A stretch of 64,000 nucleotides of DNA from Anthoceros angustus (lineage: Eukaryota > Plantae > Anthocerotophyta). Position numbers and translations under genes: made by a program. Below the pieces are notes generated by a model. The model did no database searches. It saw nothing but the letters and a program-made list of their open reading frames with translations, and was not told where the DNA came from. The DNA is taken from positions 1 through 64,000 of the forward strand of contig MU008164.1 of assembly GCA_010909165.1 (NCBI GenBank). Reading direction: 5' to 3'. Below, piece after piece: positions 23,160 to 37,392 of the stretch; the stretch's first letter is position 1, and each line of letters starts with the position of its first letter.

Positions 23160-26140
23160 GAAGGTTGGAGGAGGCGGGTGCAGACCTCACCGAGGATCCC
23201 TCGGGGTGTTCCTCGACACCAAGGAACTTGAATCTGTATTCCGCTGTGGAGCGGAGTCCTAGTGGCCGCCGGCGCCATGAAGAAGCGGATAATTCCCATG
23301 CATCAGTGCGTCGCGGGATTGTTTCCAATAGAGGAAAGGAGGGTCTTCGCGGAATTCCCTCGTGCTGATGCACCTTTGAGTGAGACAGTGAAGGAGGCCG
23401 CCCCGAAGCACGATCATTCCACCCCAAACCACTGAGCGAAACATTTGTGGCGCCTAGGGACATGCAATCCGTGGTTCAGAGAAGGCGGGCAAGTGGAGTT
23501 CCTTTGTCGAAGCGACTCGACGTCACCGGACCGGCCATGCGCAAACAAGCAATGCGTCCAATGTCAAGGCCAATTTCCATGAGCAACGTTATCGTTTTTG
23601 AGAATGGGGAGGCGAGCAAGAGACATTTCTTCCTCCGGTCGTGGACTTACCACCGTAAAGGACAAGGTCATCACGCATATAATGGGGCGGCGCATTCGGT
23701 GTTGTTTGCAAGCTTTTCGAAGAGTATACTGCATCGGCTCAGAGAGGTACGAGGAGTTGAAGAGCAGGGTGTTATGCAATGCACAGTGGGATGGGTCAAG
23801 AGTGAATCCACGACAACCATCTACACACAATCTGGGAGCCGTTGCCTAGATGGATAACAGTTTTCAAGTGATGGCGGAAAGGCTTCCAAACGTTGATGTG
23901 TTCCACCTGCCGGTCATGTTCTCAAAGTTGGAGATCTGGGCCCAGTATTGCCGGGATATGACACGATCTAGTATGAAGTTCGTGTCGTATCCTTATTTTC
24001 TGACTCTCTGGAGGACCAACTTCCCGAAGGTTAGGATTCCGAAGTCTAATAGGTTTTCCACTTGCTCTTTATGTGAAGGATCAAGCGCACCATCCGAACA
24101 CTTGAGCGAGACCAAGGTTTGTTCTTCATATCCTGCTTTGGGATGTGCATAGTTTCTAAGAACCATTTGCGGAAGGATGCATGCGCCTGTTTACATGTCT
24201 GTCGGAGTGTATATGCATATGTGGCTTCTTAAAAGGTGGGCCACCCGCGGCTTCGTCTCGGTTGTCGCGGTGTGGCAATGTAGATACCAATGTGCAAGAC
24301 TCACATAGGTTGCACCTAGGCGGAAGAGTGCTTCCATTGTCTTGGGGCCAGCACCCTTCGGTACACATGGGGTAGCGCATCGGCGCTCCGCTGTCGGCCG
24401 GGCCCCCAAAGCTTTTCCATGTCGGTCCGGGGAGGAGGGAAGGCGCCGCCCCCTCGGCGTGGTCTTCACCCATGTTCATGTTATAGACATTGGTTGTGCA
24501 ATATCGTCTAATAATACTTGCGTCTCCATTTTTGCAGAGGTTTATGAAGGAGCTTTGGCATCACAGTGCGACTAAGCAATGAGAGAGACAAAGCGACAAA
24601 ACATCGGTCCAAAAGTTATAGTCAGCCCCACAAGTATATGCGACTTGCTATCGATGGCATGGACCAAGAAGACAGAGCTCCCTCATTTCCTCCGTTATCC
24701 CAAAGAGTTGGCGGAGGCATCACTTATTAATGTTCATGTGGTGGGATGTATGATACATAATTACACTTTCAAGGCGGGCATATTTACACTACGCTAATGC
24801 ACTGGCGCCAATCTCACTATCCATATAATTCGGGATGTCATATTTTCTTACGAAGGGTGCTTCCTAAAGTTCTTTACCTCCTTGATAATACTTGCGAGAA
24901 CAAGAACCAGCTATTCGCGTACCTAAATATGCTCATCGACCTTCGTGTTCGTTAAAATAAAGGTTGGGTTCCTATTGGTTGGTCATACCCATGATCAGTT
25001 GATCAAATGTTTTCTTGTTTCTCGAAGCTTCTTAGGCACAGAAGCGTTTACTATTGATACACTTTGGAGATCTTTGTGACTTTCACCCCAAGTTAAAGTA
25101 ATAGAGGTGGCGATTTTCGGTCTTATGTATGGCCCATTAAGAAGGGACGAGAGGATATGCATACAAATGAACCGCTTGAATAATCTTTCCTTCCAACATC
25201 AATTTAAAATCACGAGAGAGGACGAGGACCGAAAGTTACGGCCATTCGGCAAGTAGTACTCAACATCCCTCAATGGGAATCAAGATGGTTTGGAATTTTG
25301 AAATTTGTTCCATCAACCACAGACTCCCCACTCCCTCATGCGAAGGCGAGACAAAAGGGTCAAGATGGAGGTCTTTCACCAACGGCGTGTGGCGCTTGAA
25401 GCATGGCTTATCGAACTTGGCGACATATATCACGCCATCGGAGAGGTGTGGTGGAGGTTGTTTTGGGTCGACCAGAAGGAATTGCCACTATTGTGGAGAA
25501 CAATATTGCTCTAGTGCTTAAACAACCGTGGAGGTGGTACAAAGAAGAGGTGGAGGCACATGCCGCCACTTCAAGTGCAGGAGGTTGTGCTTGATGAAGC
25601 ATTACTAGAGAAGTTCCTCAAGGGATATGTATTTGGGAGCTCACGGGCAAGTCGACAACAAGAAATAGAAAGGATGAATGGAGATGTCAAAGAGATAAGG
25701 AAGGGCATGTTCATTGCAACTCCATGCTCGGGAGATACACATAAGGCTTTGGATTGGGAAGGTGGAAAGCGTAGACTTGATTATGCGAACCCATTTCTTA
25801 TGGTCCTTGTATAGATGAGCACGATGCTTTTGAAGGGAAATATGTTGAGGAGTTCTTTGTTAGAGGACCAGATAATCGACGATCGCGAAATGGGAAGAGA
25901 GTGGGAAAGGGAAATTTACCCAAAAACATTCAGAAACTATTTGTGAATAAGACTATTATTCTCTATTATGGGTTCAACCTCAATGCAAGAAAGCACCTTT
26001 ACGCTTCCGACAAGAAGGCTATTCGAGATAGAATGAATCAGCTTCGACCTTATCTGCAGTCTGGAGAGGAGGACAGCGACCAAGAAGTGGATGATGGATG
26101 TCCTTTGGTTGACGAAGGAATTCAGTGTCCCGAAGACTAG
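23160..26140 (+). mobile_element. Sola1-like DDE transposase gene (intron-containing, frameshifted) with C-terminal beta-barrel-like domain
   Basis: FLTLWRTNFPKVRIPKSNRFSTCSLCE, IDGMDQK..LPHF, LDNTC.ENKN, GFLLVGHTHDQ.DQMFS motifs. Confidence 0.72.
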
Positions 26141-26376
26141 AGATTTTAGGTTTTGTGTTCACGATATAGTCAGCGTATGTTGGGTTCCGAGTTTTATACT
26201 CGGCCGTGATTACTAGATAGGTTGGTCAACATCGACGCTTGACATCGCTATGTAATGAAGGCGTTTACCGGGTCCATGCTTTTATGTGGTCTACCAGTTG
26301 TATTGCAGATGTACAGTGGAGGCGCGGGCATGCTTGCGCCACCATTGACAATACCCTAGCCCGGAGAGTTCACTTC

Positions 26377-27320
26377 TGATATGTTTGAACGTTTGTCAGA
26401 TGGGACGGCATTTCGCGTGTCCATGTGTCCCCTAGTTCTGTCCAAGGTAAGTCCCTTGTTTCTACCGTTTGTACGGCAGGTGTAAACAGTGGGCGCCGCA
26501 TGCCGGGCGCCATGTTTCCACCGACACGCCACCTCATATGTTTGAACGTTTGTCGGATGGGACGACGGGTCCATATGTCCCTAGTTGTCCAAGGTAAGTC
26601 CCTTGTTTCTAACTGTAGGGCGGTGTGCATGCACCCCACGCTTACACCGCCCCCCCTCTCCTTATATGTTTGAACGCTTGTCGATGGGACGGCATTTCGC
26701 GGGTCCATGTCTCACCTATTTCTTTCAAGGTAAGTCACTTGTTTCTCGTTTGTAGAAGATATAAGCGGTGGGCGGCATGCGCGCCTCCTTTCTATGCACA
26801 TTTCACTCCTCATATGTTTGAGCGTTTGTCGGATGGGGCGGCATTTGGTCCATATGTCCCCTAGTTCTCCAAGGTAAGTCCCTTGTTTCTCGTGTAGGGC
26901 GGTGTAAATAGTGGGCGCGGCATGCGGCCTCCTGTTACGCCCTACCACCTCATATGTTTGAGCGTTTGTCGGATGGGACGGCATTTCGCGGGTCCATATG
27001 TCCCCTAGTTTTGTCCAAGGTAAGTCCCTTGTTTCTAACAGGCGTGGAGGAGGCGCATGCCGCGCCCACCGCTTACACCGCCCCACACGCTCACCTCATA
27101 TGTTTGAACGCTTGTCGATGGGACGGCATTTCGGTCCATGTGTCACCTATTTCGCCCAAGGTAAGTCACTTGTTTTCACTGCTTGTAGAAGATATAAGCG
27201 ATGGAGGCGCATGCCGCGCCCACCGCTTATACCTCCCACATTTCACTCCTCATATGTTTGAACGCTTTGTCGATGGGACATTTCGCGGGTCCATGTCCCC
27301 TAGTTCTCCAAGGTAAGTCA
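26377..27320. repeat. ~144-bp tandem array x7 with 3-unit higher-order structure
   Basis: ATATGTTTGA(A/G)CG..GATGGG..GTCCAT..CAAGGTAAGTC in every unit; units 3 and 6 share diagnostic variants. Confidence 0.95.
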
Positions 27321-27797
27321 ATCTCCTCACTCGTCTGGAGACTATTGTTCCCTTGCCAACTGTTTCTCTTTTATAGCACTAATCCATGAAGAAGGTGGGA
27401 GTCGACAAGTACAAAACACACACCGAGGCATGCAAACGAATTGCATTGCATGATTTCGGAAGATGGAACAGGACATGCAGGTCGTGTTGAATCTCCATTG
27501 TCATCTCCAATAGTTATTACACCCTCCTTAAAACAGTTTTTCCAAAATCATATACCCTTCATGTACTGAATGTATAGCAAGAGGTCTCTCTCGTGCCCTC
27601 TTCGCTGCCACCGACAGAGTGTCATGTATGGGCATTATTTCAAGGCAAATGTGTGCCTACCGAGGTTGTATCTCCCTTTTCCAGCCCAACTCATGGCATG
27701 TTCCCGGCTTCCTGCACACAAAGCAACCGTACTTTTGAACATTTTTGTGGAAAATGGCAGAACAGCGCTTGCTCCATGTTCCTTGTTACCAAGATAT

Positions 27798-29092
<1,295 letters not shown>

Positions 29093-31170
29093 TAGAAACC
29101 AAACCACCTCAAGTTCTTGGCACCATCCACAAAGCGCTGATCCCTACAGAACTTGAACTCCCAAGCCTCTCCCCAGAACTTGAACCCCTATCCTTGCAAA
29201 AGCCCAAATGCCCGTGCGGTTTGTGGAGTTACTTAAAGTAGGTAGGGTCCGTGGAGCTTCAACGGACAACCGAAACAACCGGTATCTCAACCGATGGTGA
29301 AAAAAGTGAAATCCGGGTTGTAGTTCGGGGCACATGCGAACGCGGACACCGCAACTCCGACTCAGATTAGGCCCTCGGGGTTCGGGTTCATGCGAACCCA
29401 CCCTGAAGAGGCCATTTGATTCCGCAACGGAGTCAGAACAATAGAATCCTTGTCGCCTGAATGAAAGGCGGATAATCTAACCACAAGTGTTTGTTAGAGA
29501 ATGATAGTTCAAATTCAGGCGCGAGGCCACTTTGGAAGCACTTGTATATCGGGAATTCTCTTTCATCATTCCAGGCAATATTTTGACTCCTTATGTATTT
29601 CAAAAATTCGAGACGTACCTACCCTATGCCGAGACGATATACCTTATGTATTTAATAGGTCTCTCTCGAATCGAAAGAGGCATGCCTTGCCATTCCCTTG
29701 TTGACAAGATCGAGAAGGGTATGAAATTGTGTCATGCCACTTCCTCTCCAAAATCAAATATTCATTTGCGGTGAAAAGGGTTTAACGGAAGGAAATCTGC
29801 AGGCGGAAGTCAAACCCTCGTCCTAGAGACATCCCGTCAACCACTACATTACTACGGAAATTCCTATCCAAATCAAAATATTTCACTTGCAGTAAGAGGG
29901 TTTGACGGGAGGGAAATCTACAGTCGGAGTCGAACCCTCGTCCCCGAGACATCCCTTCAACCACTACATTACATTGCTAGTGGAACAACGATGATAATGG
30001 GATCACTAGTAATACCCGTTACTAATGATCCCATTATATTGTTGGGATCCCATTGCGACCAATAAGGAAATGGCAAGTGTTGGTTTCCCAACGATCTAGG
30101 ACCTCGCTACTTCACTCCGTGATAAAGACTTGCACAACTCTGGCTCTCAATCTCACGATGCACTAGACTTCAAGTAGCCCACCTCCTCAAAGGGCTACTC
30201 TTCATTCACAAAGTATACACTTGAGTGCAGTTGTCTACGCTCTTCATTCACATAATGTACATTTGATTCCGCAACGAGTCGAACAATAGAATCCTTGTCG
30301 CCTGAATGAAAGGCGGATAATCTAACCACAAGTGTTTGTTAGAGAATGATAGTTCAAATTCAGGCGCGAGGCCACTTTGGAAGCACTTGTATATCGGGAA
30401 TTCTCTTTCATCATTCCAGGCAATATTTTGACTCCTTATGTATTTCAAAAATTCGAGACGTACCTACCCTATGCCGAGACGATATACCTTATGTATTTAA
30501 TAGGTCTCTCTCGAATCGAAAGAGGGCATGCCTTGCCATTCCCTTGTTGACAAGATCGAGAAGGGTATGAAATTGTGTCATGCCACTTCCTCTCCAAATC
30601 AAATATTTCATTTGCGGGAAAAGGGTTTAACGAAGGAAATCTGCGGAAGTCAAACCTCGTCCTAGAGACATCCGTCAACCACTACATTACTACGGAAATT
30701 CCTATCCAAATCAAATATTTCACTTGTGAAGAGGGTTTGACGGGAGGGAAATCTACAGTCGGAGTCGAACCCTCGTCCCCGAGACATCCCTTCAACCACT
30801 ACATTACATTGCTAGTGGAACAACGATGATAATGGGATCACTAGTAATACCCGTTACTAATGATCCCATTATATTGTTGGGATCCCATTGCACCAATAAG
30901 GAAATGGCAAGTGTTGGTTTCCCAACGATCTAGGACCTCGCTACTTCACTCCGTATAAAGACTTGCACAACTCTGGCCTCAATCTCACGATGCAAAGACT
31001 AGACTTCAAGTAGCCCACCTCCTCAAGGCTACTCTTCATTCACAAAGTATACACTTGAGTGCAGTTGTCTACGCTCTTCATTCACATAATGTACATTTGA
31101 TTCCTGCTATCTACACTCTTCATTCACACAAGATACACTTGAGTTCTGCTATCTACGCCTAATGGCTACT
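29093..31170 (-). mobile_element. Unclassified element X (SINE-like: tRNA-like A/B boxes, hairpin-rich body, (TTA)n tail), internally duplicated
   Basis: Minus-strand TAGTGGTT...GGGTTCGACTCC and a degenerate second copy; 29413-30259 repeated at 30260-31093; whole unit repeated at 31706-32940. Confidence 0.4.
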
Positions 31171-31614
31171 TTTCTAACGCTTTTCTTTTCTAACAATGCA
31201 ACATTGTACTAATCCATTGTCTAATTCCTATGGATTTTTCCATCACTAGAAGGAATAGGCACAAGATTAAGAAAAGAGATAAATCTACAAAACAAGAGGC
31301 CCACATTACGGGCCATGAGGTCGAATACAATAGAAAATTTGATATAATTGATAAAGAAATCGAAAGAACATCTAATTACATTTCCAATTTCATTACCTCT
31401 TTTGCTCCTAAACAACATGGGGAATTCATCAAACTAGCTACACGCAATTTGTTAGAAGTCTTTAGCCCCATTTAGGTAAAAGCATTGCAATTAGCTCTTG
31501 ATCACAAACCTAATTTGCGTGCTGGCCCCATAACTTCTTCATCCTCAAATTTGCATAAACAAAGACCGAAATAGTTGGAAATATTAAATAAGAAATCCAT
31601 CATTTTAAATTTCT

Positions 31615-31616
<2 letters not shown>

Positions 31617-31705
<89 letters not shown>
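31617..31705. repeat. (TAA)n microsatellite, ~29 units (duplicate of 28958-29092)
   Basis: Direct reading; same right flank TATAGAAACCAAACCACC. Confidence 0.99.
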
Positions 31706-32940
31706 TAGAAACCAAACCACCTCAAGTTCTTGGCACCATCCACAAAGCGCTCCCCTACAGAACTTGAACTCCCAAGCGCTCCCAACAGAACTTGAACCCC
31801 TATCCTTGCAAAAGCCCAAACGTGCGGTTTGTGGAGTTACTTAAAGTAGGTAGGGTCCGTGGAGCTTCAACGGACAACCAAACAACCGTATCTCAACCGC
31901 ATGAGGTAAAAGTGAGGAAATCCGGGTTGTAGTTCGGGGCACATGCGAACGCGACACCGCAACTCGACTCAGATTAGGCCCTCGGGGTTCGGTTCATGCG
32001 AACCCACCAAGAGGCCATTTGATTCCGCAACGAGTCGAACAATAGAATCATCAATGAAAGGCGGATAATCTAACCACAAGTGTTTGTTAGAGAATGATAG
32101 TTCAAATTCAGGCGCGAGGCCACTTTGGAAGCACTTGTATATCGGGAATTCTCTTTCATCATTCCAGGCAATATTTTGACTCCTTATGTATTTCAAAAAT
32201 TCGAGACGTACCTACCCTATGCCGAGACGTATATACCTTATGTATTTAATAGGTACTGTCTCTCGAATCGAAAGAGGGCATGCCTTGCCATTCCCTTGTT
32301 GCTGACAAGATCGAGAAGGGTATGAAATTGTGTCATGCCACTTCCTCTCCAAATCAAATATTTCATTTGCAGGAAAAGGGTTTAACGGAAGGGAAATCTG
32401 CAGGCGGAAGTCAAACCCTCGTCCTAGAGACATCCCGTCAACCACTACATTACTACGGAAATTCCTATCCAAATCAAAATATTTCACTTGCAGTAAGAGG
32501 GTTTGACGGGAGGGAAATCTACAGTCGGAGTCGAACCCTCGTCCCCGAGACATCCCTTCAACCACTACATTACATTGCTAGTGGAACAACGATGATAATG
32601 GGATCACTAGTAATACCCGTTACTAATGATCCCATTATATTGTTGGGATCCCATTGCAGCCAATAAGGAAATGGCAAGTGTTGGTTTCCCAACGATCTAG
32701 GACCTCGCTACTTCACTCCGTATAAAGACTTGCACAACTCTCTGCGCTCTCAATCTCACGATGCAGCACTAGACTTCAAGTAGCCCACCTCCTCAAAGGG
32801 CTACTCTTCATTCACAAAGTATACACTTGAGTCTGGTTGTCTACGCTCTTCATTCACATAATGTACATTTGATTCCGGCTATCTACACTCTTCATTCACA
32901 CAGTATACACTTGAGTCTGGCTATCTACGCCCAACTGGCT
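31706..32940 (-). mobile_element. Second copy of element X
   Basis: Collinear with 29093-30259 plus 31094-31170. Confidence 0.45.
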
Positions 32941-35900
32941 ACTTTTCTAACGTTTCTTTTCTAACAATGCAACATTGTACTAATCCATTGTCTAATTCCT
33001 ATGGATTTTTCCATCACTAGAAGGAATAGGCACAAGATTAAGAAAAGAGATAAATCTACAAAACAAGAGGCCCACATTACGGGCCATGAGGTCAGATACA
33101 ATAGAAAATTTGATATAATTGATAAAGAAATCGAAAGAACATCTAATTACATTTCCAATTTCATTACCTCTGTTTTCGTTCCTAAACCTGAACATGGGGA
33201 ATTCATCAAACTAGCTACACGCAATTTGTTAGAAGTCTTTAGCCCCATTTAGGTAAAAGCATTGCAATTAGCTCTTGATCACAAACCTAATTTGCGTGCT
33301 GGCCCCATAACTTCTTCATCCTCAAATTTGCAGACAAACAGCACATCTGAAATAGTTGGAAATATTAAATAAGAAATCCATCATTTTTAAATTTCTATTA
33401 ATAATCACATAGGACTTTTAAGGCACCAAATTTGTGACCTTGGTAGAGAATTTGATAAATTAGAAGTTTTTGTATCTAAATCATCTTCATATAACACTTT
33501 GCCAACTGAAACTAAAGCAGAATCACTCTCTTAGCCAACAGATAATAAGATAGTAGGCTTTAAATATGAACTCTACGATTTCAAAAGTCAACTTTTAGAC
33601 TTTAAATCAAAATTGTTTATTCTATTGACTTTACTGCCCAAGAGAGATCTAATGCTAGGCCTCCATCACCTTCACCAAGTTATGAAGAAGAGGCTGACGA
33701 AGCACGCCTTCTTATGCGCGGCAATTTCATGTTGTAAATCACCGGCTATGGCTGGAATGATTGATGAAGAAGATGAAGCAGTGTCCCCGTAGGAAACAGA
33801 TAATACTAATAAAACAATATATTATCATTTTGGTGACAACTTTAAAGAGAAAAACATATTCAATGGAAGAGATTACGATGTTTGGTCCCTGAGAATGAAA
33901 GGAGCGTTGCGACAATATGACCTTTGGGGTATTGTCGGTGGTAGATTTCCAAGAGCTACTGCTCAATATGAACTTGATCCACAATCTTCCTAGGACGATG
34001 CCTTGAGTCTCAAGCAGAGTTTCAGTTTGATAATTGCTTTTACGGTGAAGAGACCTAAGCTAGCTGCAACACAGATGGTGTAAGGTACAACCTGTGCTCA
34101 CGACCTGATATTCCAGGCCCGGCAGGATGGAAAGAACCTCCCTTAGGATACCTAGCTGTTTTTGAAGATCCTACTCCCCCTGTAACACCTTATTCACAAG
34201 CTGTATACAAGGCCACAACTGATCCAGAAGAACCTCTCACCTTAAAACAAGCTTTCTAATCACCTGAAAAACACTTATGGAAGGTAGCTGTAGATTATGA
34301 ATATAACTCATTAATTAAGAATTCTACATTGGCATTAGTTAAGCCACATAAGGGGAGAAAAATCGTAACTAGCAATTGGGTATTTAAAATTAAGAGAAAG
34401 GGAGATGGCTCTATTGAGCGATATAAGGCACGTCTAGTTGCAAGAGGGTTTACCCAAATTTCGGATTTAGATTATTTACCTTATGCCACATATGCACATG
34501 TAGCCAAGTTTGCTTCCCTTAGAATGATCTTTGCCCTGACCGTACAATATGATCTTTAACTCCATATGATGGATGTTAAGACAACTTACTTATATGGCCG
34601 TCTTGAAGAAGAAATCTACATGAGACAACCAGAGGGTTATGAGGTAAAGGGCAAGGAGAACTGGGTATGCAAACTCATCAAATGCATTTATGGCCTGAAA
34701 CAATAAGGCAAATGATGGAACGTCACAATACATGTCAAGCTAATTAAGCAAGGCTTTAGGCAAAGCAAGGCTGATGCTAGCATGTACATATTAATATCAT
34801 AGGATGATATACTCTACCGTTTACTTTATGTTGATGATGTATTCATGGCTTCATCCTCATCTTCTCTTCTCACCGAAATTAAGACTTGGTTAAGAAGTCA
34901 TTTTGAAATGATTGCTCTTGGAGAGATGACCTATGCACTTGGTGTTAATATTATGTGAGATCGAAGCAATAAAAATTTGAGCATAGTTCAAACTAAGTAT
35001 ATTAAGGAAAGCTTAGCTAAGTTTGGACTAGAGGATGCTAAGCTTGCCCCCACTCCTTGCTAGTGGAATATGACTTATATCAGATATGAGTCCCAAAACA
35101 AAGGTAGATAAGTTGGAAATATCAGCAGTTCCATATCGACATGCTGTTGGCACTCCTATATATTTAAGGAATTTTACGAGGCCTGACAAATCATTTGAAG
35201 TCAGTGCTCACAGTTTCTAGAAAATCCTGGACGAGAACACTGGATGTCAATAAAGCGTATTTTTAGATACCTTAAGGGCACCATGCTTACTGGACGTATG
35301 TATCAACATACACCAGGCATCAACAAGCTAAGATTGACAGCTTACGCTAATGCTGACTATGCTGGTGACCCCGACACTAGGAGATCCGTATCAGGTTATG
35401 TGCTTATACTAGCCATGGCTCCCATTTCATGATCAAGTAAGAAACAGACTACCATTGTCTTTTCTAGCACTGAGTCATAATATAGGGTACTAACCTCAGT
35501 TGCAAAAGATATCGTCTGGAGTAGGTTAGCTTTAGATGAACTTAATCATCCTCAAAATAATCCTACACCTTTTTCAGTGATAGTCAAGGGGCTATAGCCT
35601 TAGCTAGAAACCTTGTTTTTCATTCAAAAACTAAGCACATAGCGGTAGAATACCATTACATAAGAGAATTATTAGAAAATAAGATAATAGATATTAATTA
35701 TATCCCAACACAGGATAATTCAGCTGATTTATTAACCAAATCCCTTAGTCGGGAATTACATAGGAAGTATATGAAAAGTTTAGATATACTGGATGTCAAG
35801 TCCACACCACCCTAACTTAGCTACGTAAAGTCAGCAACTTAAGTAGACAAACTAAACCCTAAACCCTAAAGTCATAACTTTCCTATAGTCCACCTAGTTT

Positions 35901-37259
35901 GTCCAGAGCATCGAGTTCCTCCTCTATCTCTAAGTAGTCCTCATAGTACTCCGTAGCTTCCCGCGCAAGTGCCCGAGTAGATCCTAATCTATTTAGGTAT
36001 CACATTTAATATTAATATAAATAATTAAATAATTTTAATTGCGTTATTTAAGGCATCATGGGTACTCACATATGTCCTTTAAACTCAGTACATGGGGCAG
36101 TACCTAACCATACCATTTGTAGTCCACTTTTGGGGCACATACTCTGTTGGGTCATAGAAATCTCCCGTATTCCTAGGGCATATTAAATAGGTAGCTATAC
36201 ATAAGTTCCCTTCAGGAAGATGACAGCTAGGTATTTCGTATCCAGTTTTTGTTTTTTCAAGGACCACCTTTTGTGGAATAGCGATTCTCACATTATGGGT
36301 ACCTACACACTTGTCTTTACCTGCAACCACACATTCTTATAACCTTTATAATTTATGAGGTAATAAAAGGAGCACTATTCGTCCTACTCTACTCACTTTT
36401 TTCTTTTTTTTTCACCACTCTCTGCTCCCATCTTGTCTTTGCCCTTCCATTTTCCTCGAGTCCTCATTTTCCTCTAGCTGCAATTTCCCGACTTCCAATG
36501 TGCACCATTAGCGTGAGAGTGGGCGATCAGATCGGCATCATCAACATGTTCTTCGCCGGGCACGCCTACCCCCTCTTTTTCCTTCTTCGGCATCCGTCGG
36601 GCTGCAATCCTGCAGCCCGACGGAGGTCTTGCACTCCCATGGCAGCAAGCACACACGCCGTGAATTGGCCACGCACGTCGCGCCTCTGCCGCGCGGAGTT
36701 TTGGGTGCGCTATGGTCTGACCTCCCTTGCATCCGCGCGCGTCCATTGCCTAACGCCTTCATGCACCCTTGCTCCCACTATCGCTCCCACTTTTCGATAG
36801 CGATGGGTGGAGGGGAGCAACCGTATCCACCCCCGGATACGGTTCGAGAAGGGTATTTTCATTATATTTATTTACTATTTAATTCTCTTAAGTATTAAAC
36901 TTAAATAAGTTTATTTTCTTTTGCTCATAACTTTCTATGTAGTGCGAGTTTATTAGCTCATTTTGGCTCATTTTGAAGCTAGAAAAATACTTTACTTAAT
37001 CACTCTCGAATGGGAGTGATAAAAATATACTAGGTTTAGGGCACTATTCACCCGGTACTTAAACATTATTTTTATTTTATGCCTAGGACACTAAGTAGTT
37101 TCCTTAGGTAGTTATTTCGGTAGTTAGTTGTTATATTGGTTACAACCACTTATGGTTACAACCACCTAACTTCCTCCACTATAAAACACTATCTTGTACT
37201 TTCTATTATTCAATGAATGCAACAAGCTTTGTGCAAGTGTGTGTGCGTGATTTTCATCA
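32941..37259 (+). mobile_element. Ty1/copia element C, older relative of B; 5' LTR absent, most of gag-PR-IN deleted
   Basis: Gag start 33748 (FNGRDYDVWSLRMKGALRQYDLWGIV), jump to pre-RT region at ~34050, RT/RNase H to ~35815 with many C-to-T stops, PPT GGGAG, 3' LTR 37017-37259 TGAT...CATCA similar to LTR B. Confidence 0.9.
36025..36762 (-). pseudogene. Spliced antisense accessory gene inside copia C (intron 36321-36396)
   Basis: Lys-rich exon end AAA|GTGAGT, TTGCAG acceptor; exon 2 HLPEGNL..YDPTEYV..RYCPMY..DALNNAIKII*. Confidence 0.55.
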
Positions 37260-37392
37260 TGAGGCACATGAGGATATTTCCTTGATTGTTAGCCCGGCCC
37301 ATCTCTGTCTTTTGCTCACTCCCCTCCTTCGTCTGATAGCTCGCTCTTCTTCCTCTCCAGTTGTTGTCGGTGTGTGCGCTCAACTTGTGCAG

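Noticed and set aside
26377-27320. CRISPR-like repeat/spacer array
   Set aside because: Repeats are ~90 bp, the spacers are related to each other, there are no cas genes, and the context is eukaryotic.
29400-29470. Hammerhead ribozyme (CTGAAGA plus hairpins)
   Set aside because: No correctly placed GAAA, stem II closure or stem III.
32040-32215. Ty3 Gag-like peptide YVSNF..WNDE..FQSGL in element X
   Set aside because: Short, overlaps internal DNA repeats, and has no supporting upstream Gag motifs; an HMM search would be needed, so it is not called.
35853-35870. Interstitial telomere (AAACCCTAAACCCTAAA)
   Set aside because: Only about 2 units, inside copia C.
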